A stretch of DNA of 63,804 nt, filler included, from Octopus bimaculoides (lineage: Eukaryota): the NCBI RefSeq assembly GCF_001194135.2. It is 5 parts of 4 records of this genome, joined end to end, with 100 filler letters (N's around TTAATTAATTAA, not from the genome) between each part and the next. Parts side by side here need not be neighbours in the genome. Positions count along the whole stretch, not along the records: positions 49,992 to 58,838 come from NW_026401271.1; positions 58,939 to 63,804 come from NC_068988.1; 3 more parts are not named here. One strand, written 5' to 3'. Every line of letters begins with the position of its first letter. Position 1 is the first letter of the stretch. A program made the translations under genes and the position numbers. Below, piece after piece: positions 50,486 through 61,289 of the stretch. Below the pieces are notes generated by a model. The model saw nothing but the letters and a program-made list of their open reading frames with translations, searched no databases and had not been told where the DNA came from.

Positions 50486-50822
50486 CACCTCTTTAATTAC
50501 AGGTGAGGTGGCAAAGAATTCTGCCGGTTTGTTCACTTGCCTGTGTCCCAGAGGTGTAGCAAACACACTTTGGAACTGTTCATTCAGTATTTCATTTATC
50601 CTCATTGAGTTTCCTGTGAAAGAGCCATCCTTTTGGAAGAGGGGCACTGTCTTATAGCATACTGAGGCTGTTCCTTTGAAAAAGTTAAAGAAAGCTTTCG
50701 GGTCCAACTTGATATTTTCTATAGCCCACACTTCCTTATTAGCTCTCCCTTTTTCATGAGACTGATGCAGACTTTTCTCAGTCTCCAACAATGCTCTCTC
50801 CAGGTGGGACTTTTCACTAATT
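50486..50822 (-). mobile_element. CR1-type LINE ORF2 fragment (EN-RT linker)
   Basis: EKSLHQSHEKGRANKEVWAIENIKLDPKAFFNF...PLFQKDGSFTGNSMRINEILNEQFQSVFATP matches the IK.NPK.F.Y...IGPL...DG......A.ILN.QF.SVFT pattern. Confidence 0.85.
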
Positions 50823-51011
50823 TTAACCCTTTTGTTACCCTATTTCTGTTGAGATGTTCTGTGTTTCTTTCAATTAATTTTAAATATAACAAAGAATTTA
50901 GTAAAATAACTTCATTATCATTAAGCTAATGTTAGGAACATAAATTGTGACTAAGACATTCATACTAAAGAGCTAGGGTGGTTTCAGCCAGGCTGGTATC
51001 GAAAGGGTTAA
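50823..51011. mobile_element. piggyBac-type MITE, copy 1 (TTAA...TTAA)
   Basis: TTAA-CCCTTTTGTTACC ... GGTATCGAAAGGG-TTAA; TIR 11/13. Confidence 0.88.
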
Positions 51012-51155
51012 ATACACCTCTACATTTGGGCAGATGGACATTAGAAGCAGTTGGAAGGGTGTGGATTGAACGAAATTGAGGCTATTATTTCTAGCATATA
51101 GACAGACCACATTGAGGTCTCCTTCTCTCATGTCTTCTGCTGGTTATTTTTCTTC

Positions 51156-51386
51156 TTAACCCTTTTCTTACCATATTTCTTTTGAGATGCTCTGTGTTTC
51201 TTTCAATTAATTTTAAATATAACAAAGAATTTAGTAAAACAACTTCGTTATCATTAAGCTAATGTTAGGAACATAAATTGTGACTAAGGTTTGGAGGAAG
51301 ATTTTAATTCAAAACTTATGAAAACAAGACATTTGTACTACAGAGCCAGAGGTGGTTTCAGCCGGGTTGGTATCAGAAAGGGTTAA
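51156..51386. mobile_element. piggyBac-type MITE, copy 2
   Basis: TTAA-CCCTTTTCTTACC ... GGTATCAGAAAGGG-TTAA; interior nearly identical to copy 1 but about 40 bp longer. Confidence 0.88.
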
Positions 51387-51985
51387 GGGTTTTGATTCAG
51401 GTGGCTCACAATATTTGTCCGTCGTCTCATATATAATATGTATAATAGAATCATTATATAATGTGTTTTTCAACTGGATGTAAACATGTTAAATACCAAC
51501 AGAAATTAACCTACATTTTATCGAACAATGTAGAAAAAGAGACATAGCCATTTTTTCAAAGACACCTTGTTCACACAACGAATCTCTGAAAATACACTTC
51601 TTGCTTGACTGCTGTGTGGACATTTTATACATACATATATACATACATACATACAGACAGACAGACAGACAGACAGGCAGCTAACACCTCTTATGTCCCT
51701 CTATGTCCCTGCCTTAAAGCTTTCACTTTATACATACCAACTCAATTTGATTCGTCCAAAGTTGAAAGACAACTGTTGTTATATTCCTGTCAATTGTATT
51801 TGTAACTAGCAGAAATATCCAGCATTGCCTGGATTAAAGAAAATAATGAAATTCGAAAATGCCTTTTAGATCTATAACAGGAGTTACACGACAGTTATTT
51901 TGTGATCTTTGCTACCCTGGTATCTATTAACCAATCTATTTTGTCCGAGTTAATTATTAGCTTAGAGAAAATAAATACATATAAT

Positions 51986-52017
<32 letters not shown>

Positions 52018-52019
<2 letters not shown>

Positions 52020-52165
52020 CGCAGGAGTGGCTGTGTGTTAAGTAGCTTGCTTACCAACCACATGGTTCCAGGTTCAGTCCCACTGTGTGGCATCTTGGGC
52101 AAGTGTCTTCTACTATAGCCTTGGGCCGACCAAAGCCTTGTGAGTGGATTTGGTAGACGGAAACT
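52018..52165 (+). mobile_element. SINE family B head (runs into a gap)
   Basis: GGCGCAGGAGTGGCTGTGTGTTAAGTAGCTTGCTTACCAACCACATGG. Confidence 0.9.
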
Positions 52166-52437
52166 NNNNNNNNNNNNNNNNNNNNNNNNNNNNNNNNNNN
52201 NNNNNNNNNNNNNNNNNNNNNNNNNNNNNNNNNNNNNNNNNNNNNNNNNNNNNNNNNNNNNNNNNNNNNNNNNNNNNNNNNNNNNNNNNNNNNNNNNNNN
52301 NNNNNNNNNNNNNNNNNNNNNNNNNNNNNNNNNNNNNNNNNNNNNNNNNNNNNNNNNNNNNNNNNNNNNNNNNNNNNNNNNNNNNNNNNNNNNNNNNNNN
52401 NNNNNNNNNNNNNNNNNNNNNNNNNNNNNNNNNNNNN

Positions 52438-52830
52438 AGAAAGGATCACAAAAGTACAGCTCCCAAAATTACTGCAGAGCTTAATGACCACCTCGAGAAC
52501 CCAGTTTCCAAAAAAACTATTTGCCGGGAGCTGCATTCAGAATGACCACTACTTTCAAAAGCAAACATTGCAAAGCATTTAGAGTGGAGTAAAAATTGAC
52601 AGAATTAATCCCAAGAGCATTGGAAGAATGTTATTTTGTCAGACGAGTTGTCCTTTACTTTATTTCCAGCCACCAGCGGAGTATACATGTGGAGACTGTG
52701 CAAAGAAGCCTTCTTCCAACTGTTAAACATGGAGGAGGATCTGTGATGATCTGGGGAAGCGGGGTTGTATCCTGGAAATCCGCTGGCCCAATGGTTTCCC
52801 TTCATGGTATAATTAAGTCAAGACTATGTA
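52438..52830 (+). mobile_element. Tc1 transposase fragment
   Basis: RKDHKSTAPKITAELNDHLENPVSKKTICRELH...HWKNVILSDELSFTLF...PTVKHGGGSVMIWG. Confidence 0.9.
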
Positions 52831-53810
52831 AGCATGTGTGCATGTGCATGTATGTGTGTGGGTGCATGCATGCATGCATGTGTGTATGCATGCGTGCATG
52901 AGTACGCGCACGTGTGTGTGTGTTTGTGCGTGCACATGCACATGTGCATGCGTGTGTGTGTGTGTGCAGGCGCGTGTGTTTGCGCACACGCATGTCTGTT
53001 TTTCTGTTTCTGTGTTGGCCACACATCACTTGACAACTGAAGCTAGGCCATTGGCATCTTAGCAACATGGCATCTTAGCAACATGGCAAAAAAGAAAAAA
53101 AAAAANNNNNNNNNNNNNNNNNNNNNNNNNNNNNNNNNNNNNNNNNNNNNNNNNNNNNNNNNNNNNNNNNNNNNNNNNNNNNNNNNNNNNNNNNNNNNNN
53201 NNNNNNNNNNNNNNNNNNNNNNNNNNNNNNNNNNNNNNNNNNNNNNNNNNNNNNNNNNNNNNNNNNNNNNNNNNNNNNNNNNNNNNNNNNNNNNNNNNNN
53301 NNNNNNNNNNNNNNNNNNNNNNNNNNNNNNNNNNNNNNNNNNNNNNNNNNNNNNNNNNNNNNNNNNNNNNNNNNNNNNNNNNNNNNNNNNNNNNNNNNNN
53401 NNNNNNNNNNNNNNNNNNNNNNNNNNNNNNNNNNNNNNNNNNNNNNNNNNNNNNNNNNNNNNNNNNNNNNNNNNNNNNNNNNNNNNNNNNNNNNNNNNNN
53501 NNNNNNNNNNNNNNNNNNNNNNNNNNNNNNNNNNNNNNNNNNNNNNNNNNNNNNNNNNNNNNNNNNNNNNNNNNNNNNNNNNNNNNNNNNNNNNNNNNNN
53601 NNNNNNNNNNNNNNNNNNNNNNNNNNNNNNNNNNNNNNNNNNNNNNNNNNNNNNNNNNNNNNNNNNNNNNNNNNNNNNNNNNNNNNNNNNNNNNNNNNNN
53701 NNNNNNNNNNNNNNNNNNNNNNNNNNNNNNNNNNNNNNNNNNNNNNNNNNNNNNNNNNNNNNNNNNNNNNNNNNNNNNNNNNNNNNNNNNNNNNNNNNNN
53801 NNNNNNNNNN

Positions 53811-54327
53811 TATCTATCTATCTTTATCACTCTGTCTATCTATCTATCTATCTATCTTTATCACTCTGTCTATCTATCTATCTATCTATCTTTATCACTC
53901 TGTCTATCTATCTATCTATCTATCTATCTTTATCACTCTGTCTATCTATCTATCTATCTATCTTTATCACTCTGTCTATCTCTCTCTCTCTATCTTTATC
54001 TCTCTCTCTCTCTATCTATCTTTATCACTCTGTCTCTCTCTCTCTCTCTCTCTTTCTCTCTATCTATCTATCTTTCTATTTTTATCACTCTGTCTTTCTC
54101 TCTTTCTCTCTCTCTCTCTCTATCTATCTTTCTATTTTTATCACTCTGTCTTTCTCTCTCTCTCTCTCTATCTTTCTATCTTTATCACTCTCTCTCTCTC
54201 TATCTACCTATCTTTCTATCTTTATCACTCTGTCTCTCTCTATCTACCTATCTTTCTATCTTTATCACTCTGTCTTTATCTTTCTCTCTCTTTCTCTCTC
54301 CCTCTCTCTATCTTTCTATTTTTATCA

Positions 54328-54371
<44 letters not shown>

Positions 54372-54452
54372 TTCTCTCTCTCTCTCTCTATCTATCTTTC
54401 CATTTTTATCACTCTGTCTTTCTCTCTCTCTCTCTATCTTTCTATTTTTATC

Positions 54453-54529
<77 letters not shown>

Positions 54530-54560
54530 TTCTATCTTTATCACTCTGTCTTTATCTCTC
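53811..54560. repeat. Compound minisatellite: 15 copies of TTTATCACTC(TG) separated by (TCTA)n or (TC)n spacers
   Basis: 15 motif occurrences counted; strong pyrimidine strand bias continues to about 55080. Confidence 0.9.
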
Positions 54561-55825
54561 TCTCTCTCTCTCACTCTCTCTCTCTATCTCTAGTTGTCTC
54601 TCTATCTGTCACTCACTCTATCTTTCTCATTATATGTCATTCCTTACTTGTTTCTTCCTCTCTTCCGTCAATGCTTGCTCTCTCTCTCCCCCTCTCTATC
54701 TCTCTTCATTTATCTATATCTGACAGACTTTCTATTTCACCTCATAAGTCACAGTACAAGTCACTCTCCCTTTCTCTCTCATTCTGTCTTTCTCTTTGTC
54801 TTTCTTTTACTCTCTATCGTTGTCCCTCTCTATCTGTCACTCTTTTTCTCTTTATATATCATTCCTTCCTTGCTTCTTCCTCTCATTCTCTTCTCCTTCC
54901 TCTCTTTCGTCAATGCTTGTTCTCTCCCTCTACCTCTCTTTTTCCCCTCTTTCGATCTATCAATCTCTGACACACTTTCTATTTCACTCCATAAATCATT
55001 CCTTAAGTTTCTCTCTCTCTCTCATTCTTTCTTTCTCTATCTTTCTCTCTCTCTCTCTCTCTTTCATTCTTTCTCTATTTCTCCGTCGCTGGAGAAATCT
55101 TAATCAATAACAATTAACTAACATCGATTATTACTTTTTTAATACAAAACTTTATCCTATCTAACAGCTGTTTCTGCTTCCAATGTCCTATGGTATTGCC
55201 TTTGAAAACTCTGATTACTTCTAAACGTTATGGCACTATCACTCCCTCTTTTTTTTTTAGACCTATTGGCTTATACCGTTATGGTAAATTATTTATTTTA
55301 CTTTTTTTATTATTCATACACTCTGTTACCCCTAAAGATAGATTAACCCACCAATTAATATTTCCAGTTTAGTCATTTACTTAACGTCCTGAAGCGTTAC
55401 ACTGCAAAATGTTATGAATTAAATATATTAAACCTTCATTTTCCTTCTCGAGGTTCTTCCTCTATTCTTTTCCTTATGTATTTCTCTTCACTCTATTGAA
55501 GCTCCATTTATTACAAAATATGACAAATATTATTCTCAGAATTTTCAATGGCAACACTGTAGAACATTGGAAGTAGAAACGGCTGTTGGATAGCATAAAG
55601 TTTTGTATTAAAAAATAATAACCGATGTTAGCCAATTGTTGTTGATCAAGATTTCTCCATTTTCTGCTTAATTTAAATTATATATATATATTTATATAAA
55701 GGGCATTATTATAGAAAAAAATAATAACGCCACACAGTAGACTTCTCAAAATAACCACATTTAGTACCTATGCAAGGAAAAAACAACCAACAGAAGATGA
55801 CCAACTTTCTTTTAAAATAGACTTA

Positions 55826-55887
55826 ATTGCGTATCGACCGATTTCGCGATTACTAGAATGAGTCTAGACTTCGTTCATCAGCACAAT
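55826..55887 (-). ncRNA. Type I hammerhead ribozyme motif with extended stem II
   Basis: Minus strand ATTGTG-CTGATGA-ACGAAGTCTAGACTCATTCTAGTAATCGC-GAA-ATCGGTCGAT-A-CGCAAT: 6-bp stem I, stem II CGA/TCG plus CTAGA/TCTAG, stem III ATCG/CGAT, predicted AUA cleavage between 55832 and 55831. Confidence 0.72.
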
Positions 55888-56184
55888 ATTGTCCCAAAAA
55901 TATATATAAATAAACAGAATTCTCACCTCACCAAAAACGAACACACTACGTATCCGACAGAATAAAGGGAATGAAGTTTATCTGTATATATCTTCATCAA
56001 AGAAGCAGGAAATACTACCGGGTTGTTATAAACAAATAATTATATTCTTGGGAATAGAAATTTCCCTAATGAATTNNNNNNNNNNATATATATATATATA
56101 TATATAAACAATATATGAGTATATTCATATACATGTACATGTATGTACATACCTTCATCTACATGTACATATAGATACATAACT

Positions 56185-56420
56185 GGGTACATGACGTGGC
56201 AAGAGAACATGGACAAAAAGATAAACAAGGTACAACAAACAAGCAAGCCACATAGAAACATCTCCTTCATCAGCTGCCACCATTAAAACACCGGCGTTTC
56301 GAAGAATTAAGGCAGTACGCATCGTTGAAATGGTTCTTCCCACGAACACAAATTAAATCATTTTCGTGGAGGGTAGTGGCGGACGGAAAACAAGACAGGA
56401 AAACGAAACGGTACATATGT
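56185..56420. repeat. Dispersed repeat (Penelope terminal-repeat-like) with GAAA and CTGATGA boxes on the minus strand
   Basis: CCTTCATCAGCTGCCACC...CCGGCGTTTCGAAG; layout like the neighbouring 56470-56710 repeat. Confidence 0.5.
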
Positions 56421-56469
56421 ATATGTACATACTTTCATGTATATGTATATACATATGCATATATGTAAG

Positions 56470-56710
56470 CACAGGATGTCACAAAACATAAACAACAAAA
56501 AATACGAAGTACGAGGACAAGGAATAAGGGTTTTTTTTTGCAAGCAATGAAAGAATCAAATGGAAAACAAAACAAGCAACACAACGAACGACCCTTCATC
56601 AGTTGTCGGCTGTTTTTCTAGTCTGTATTTCAAGCAGTTCGCGACAATACTACGCCTTCAATAAAACAGTTGCTCCCGCAAAGCAAATTAAAATAAAAAT
56701 TTGCGATCTT
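56470..56710 (-). repeat. Dispersed repeat, second copy of the 46720-46975 family
   Basis: Reverse-complement alignment by eye over about 240 bp. Confidence 0.75.
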
Positions 56711-56840
56711 GCGGAGGGTTAAGATTTCTGGCAAAAACAGGACAGTGAAAAGAGACAGGAAGGGCTGCTAAGCCTGAATGAGGTTGTGGTGGCGAACGCG
56801 AAGAAACAAGTCTGGAAAGGAGACAGAGAAAAATGATATA

Positions 56841-56985
56841 TCATCATCATCGTTTAAGTCCGTTTTCCATGCTAGCATGGGTTGGACGATTTGACTGAGG
56901 ACTGGTGAAACCAGATGGCTACACCAGGCTCCAATCTGATTTGGCAGAGTTTCTACAGCTGGATGCCCTTCCTAACGCCAACCAC
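56841..56985 (-). mobile_element. Family G 3' fragment
   Basis: (CAT)nCGTTTAAGTCCG...CCATGCTAGCATGGG...GGATGCCCTTCCTAACGCC. Confidence 0.88.
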
Positions 56986-57031
56986 CATATATAGGAGTGG
57001 CTGTGTGGTAGATAGACAGTCAGACAAACAG

Positions 57032-57065
<34 letters not shown>

Positions 57066-57104
57066 NNNNNNNNNNGACAGTAAGATAAACAGATAGACAG
57101 AGAG

Positions 57105-57240
57105 ATAGTGGAGGGCGGAAGTCTTGCCCAGAGACCGATAAAATAAGTACCAGGTTTTTAAAAAAAATGTAAATATTGGCGTTGATTTGGTTCAAGGCGG
57201 TGCCCCAGCATAGACGCAGTCTAATGATTGAAGGAAGTGG
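57105..57240 (+). mobile_element. Diverged family B tail fragment
   Basis: GAGACCGATAAAATAAGTACCAGG...AAGGCGGTGCCCCAGCAT...GCAGTCTAATGA. Confidence 0.65.
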
Positions 57241-57442
57241 AACATGTTATAATATATATATACTTTTAGAAGGAGATAAATATATATATATATATATGTA
57301 CACTTATAAACACGCACACACAATAACGGTGAAGACAAATCGAAATCTATGGCTTCGTTTCCACTTCTTCACTATGTTGCTTGCCCTAAATAGCTTCCTT
57401 TATGATAAACCATAAGTGTCAAACAAGCACAAGATAACGGGA

Positions 57443-57480
<38 letters not shown>

Positions 57481-57981
57481 TATGTTTATGTACGTGTTTG
57501 TACGTGTATGTAAGTCTATATAAACCCTTTATTTATCTTTTTGTACCATTGATAAGCAAAAAAATTATCGGAACAAATTTGGTATGTAAATAAATGTTAC
57601 AAACTCGAAAGATGACTACACATCTTTAGATTCAATGTACGTAGACACTATATACATACATATTTGTATATATATATACATATACACTCCTTGTTTTTTT
57701 ATATTTCTCTTTATTTTTCTTTTGTATAATATNNNNNNNNNNNNNNNNNNNNNNNNNNNNNNNNNNNNNNNNNNNNNNNNNNNNNNNNNNNNNNNNNNNN
57801 NNNNNNNNNNNNNNNNNNNNNNNNNNNNNNNNNNNNNNNNNNNNNNNNNNNNNNNNNNNNNTATATATATATATATATATATATGGATGGATAGGTAGAT
57901 ACAGATCTCTAGGTAGCTAGCTTGATAGATAGATAGATAGTTAGATAGGTAGATAGATAGATAGATAGATAAGATAGCTAG

Positions 57982-58018
<37 letters not shown>

Positions 58019-59799
58019 AAGGGGGAGAGGGAGAGGGTTAGCACCAATTAATTCCAAACTTTACCAACTTCCACCATGAAACCTACACAGTTTTTTGCTG
58101 ACGTAAGCAGCGAGTTGCAGCGAATCACTGGAGTGAAGTCTTGCACTCAGACAAACGGAGTCTTGGCACCGAGGAGGATGTTAAAACGAGGACGAAGGGA
58201 AAAAATAAATGAAAAGAGGTATGTAACGAATGCGATGCACCACAGGTATAATTGGGGGAATATTTTGTGGTGGAGATATAAGAACCAGGTGCCTTAACCT
58301 GTTGCTCTATATTTACTGAAGTTTCACGAAGTAATAGTAGCTACGATGCCCTCAAATTTCCATCTCTTCTCATCTTTCTTTCTTCTCGCTTCCTCTCTTG
58401 CACTCAGAAAATTAGTTTTGTTCCCGCAGTTTGAACACACACACACACATACACCATAAAATATCCTGCACAGTCGTATGTGCACCCACTTTACGCGCAC
58501 GTGTGTTGCTCTGTCGTGTTGATGTACTGGACATTTTTGACCTAGGGTTAAGCAACAAGAGTCGTGTGTGGTGTGAATATATGAATGTGTATACATGTGT
58601 GTGGATGTATAAATGTGTATATATATATATGTATGTGTGTGAGTATTTGAATGTATGTGTCGGGCGATCACACACCCTGTCAGTATATATATGTATACAA
58701 TTAGAAGCTTTCACTACAGCATGAGAGCATTTTAGCTCATATTTCTAGCAATCTAGGTGTTCTAAAGAGCCTTAGTCACATTTAGTAACAATTATAGTTT
58801 TCCTTTGACTCAACATATTGCGCATGGCTGTCTCTCTCNNNNNNNNNNNNNNNNNNNNNNNNNNNNNNNNNNNNNNNNNNNNTTAATTAATTAANNNNNN
58901 NNNNNNNNNNNNNNNNNNNNNNNNNNNNNNNNNNNNNNTGATATAATATAATATAATATAATATAATATAATATAATATAAACGCAGAAAGAAAGAGAGA
59001 TTAATTGGGAAACGTTTGACAGTCGCTTCCAAGATTCGGCTTGCTTGCAGTCGTCAGTCTGAACTCAACTGCAATCATTGAGTAATCTTTACGTTGAACA
59101 TTAAATTGTATTTTTTATATAACGAGATAAAATCAAATATGAATATATACCAACAAATGTGTGTGTGCGCGCGTGCGTTTGTGTGTATGTATGTGTATTG
59201 TATAATATGCATAATTAGATATGCATACGTGTCAATGGATGAACGTATAGCAAATAGAGAGAACTCTGTACCTCGTAACTTGTACACAAACGTGCTACTT
59301 AAGTTTCATGGCACGGCAGTTATTTGGACGCAAATGGAGTGTAAAGTTGCTCACATTCCAGTTTATCAGGCAAAACATAAACCCCAATAAAGGTCATATA
59401 TATGTATGTATGAATGAATGTATGTATGTATGTATATATATATTGGTGCTTATATATGTGTATGCATGCGTATGAATGTATATTTATGTCTGCGGTGTGT
59501 GCAGGCTTTTTCGGGATACGTTAGTCTTTTATGTAAGAGAAAAACTAGATCTGAGAGCTAAAAACAAATTCTCGGCAAGTAGCAAAACAAAATAGATACT
59601 ATATAGTTGTATTGCTTACACGTATGTCATGTCGTATCGTGTTGGCTGCACGTATAACAGGTGGAAAATTGAAAGAAAAAAAGGGCGGGTTACCCCCTGT
59701 TGGCACCTAAATATATACATACATGAATGTGTGTATCTATCTATCTATCTATTTATCCATCTATCTATCTCTCTGTCTCTCTCTCTACTTATATATATA

Positions 59800-60500
59800 T
59801 ATGAGCTTTGAGCTCATCTGAACAATATTAGCCGTATGAATCGACGCATTGTCGTCTTACAAGGTTGTGATACCATCTGGGAACAATGTTGGTTGTACCA
59901 TAGAACGGACATAATCAGCCTAGATGCTCTGATAATCCTTGGCGTTGACACTGCCATGTAGAGCAACTAAAGAACCAAGAGAATTCTGTGATAAGGCTGG
60001 CCAAGTTATCACAGAATCGCCTCCATGTTTCACGGTAGGCACCAAACAATCAGGGTTGAAGATTTCTTTGAGCCATCTCTAAACAAAAACTCAAAAGTGA
60101 GAAAACAAGGTGAATGATGGTTCATCAGAGAAGATTGTTTTGTTGATCCAGCGACCATTTCTGATAGTCAAGACGTAATTTTCCCGTTGATCAGTGTTGA
60201 TAGGAGACAGTAGAGACTTAATAACTGCAGCCTTCCTATAGTATCCTGCATTGTGGATCCCACAACGAACGGCTTTTGTTGACATAGGGTTGGCAGTTTT
60301 TCTATGGTAGTTCGATGGTCTTTAGAGACAATACGTTTCCTTATTCTGCGATACTTCTCTGCAGGCTACACCTTCCGTCAAGAGTTATGCTTGCCATAGC
60401 TGTCTGTTTTTACCTTCAGTGTTAGAGATTGAAGCTCCAGTCATCCGCGCTCCAACAATTTATCCTCTTTCGAAATCAGATTGGTCGTAAATTTTGACTT
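59800..60500 (-). mobile_element. Degenerate Tc1 transposase
   Basis: RIVSKDHRTT...STKAVRCGIHNAGYYRKAAVIKSLLSPIN...IFSDEPSFTLF...NPDCLVPTVKHGGDSVITW...LVALHGSVNAKDY...*DDNASIHTANIVQ. Confidence 0.9.
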
Positions 60501-60819
60501 ATTCAAATATATATCTGCAAAGAATGAAAAAACAATCAGTGCGCTATATCATGAGGTACAAGGCATACATTATGCAGATGAATACATATATATACAGACT
60601 AGAACAGTTTTGGATTTGCCATTTTGCACACACAAAAAATAATCAAATAAAAAATGGTGCCTCTATTATTTTGTTCAACCTCTCTCTCTCTCCCTCTCTC
60701 TACATATATATATATATATATATATTCATACATACATACATACATATACATATATATGTATATACATACATGTATATATATGTGTGTATGTATATAATTC
60801 TTATAAAAGAATGTTGTTG

Positions 60820-60861
60820 ACAGTGACTTCGAAGTTTCGACCAGCTAACTCGTCGGACTAT
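60820..60861 (-). ncRNA. Minimal type I hammerhead-like motif with U4C variant core
   Basis: Minus strand ATAGT-CCGACGA-GTTAGCTGGTC-GAA-ACTTCGAAGT-C-ACTGT: 5-bp stem I, perfect palindromic stem III, GUC site between 60825 and 60824. Stem II is weak beyond the G10.1-C11.1 pair. Confidence 0.6.
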
Positions 60862-61016
60862 GTTTTATTGTAACTTAACATAAAAGACAAACTCTAATAT
60901 ATATGTGTGTGTGTAATGTATGTATGCGCGTGCGTATACGAACGCGCTTATATGTATAAGCGTGTATGTGAGTGTGTGTGTTTATGTGCGCACACACACA
61001 CACACACACACACGTG

Positions 61017-61056
<40 letters not shown>

Positions 61057-61161
61057 TAATGATAATTATGTTATTAATGCTTCATAAAAACTTGATCAAT
61101 TTGAAACAGCTTGCAATCTATCATTCATCAATGTGAATGCGTGTGCATATACGTTTGTGTA

Positions 61162-61216
<55 letters not shown>

Positions 61217-61257
61217 TTTTATATGTATGTATATAGATATATATATATTTATGTATG

Positions 61258-61289
<32 letters not shown>

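Noticed and set aside
53811-54560. CRISPR-like repeat-spacer array
   Set aside because: The spacers are simple TCTA/TC repeats, the anchor is only about 12 nt, and the context is eukaryotic with no cas genes.
53083-54723. 546-aa ORF and other long X-containing or IYIY/THTH/VCVC/LSLS ORFs
   Set aside because: These are translations of gaps and microsatellites.
21268-58894. Four identical palindromic TTAATTAATTAA motifs
   Set aside because: Each is centred in a 44N+12+44N gap. This is an artificial six-frame-stop scaffolding linker, not biology.
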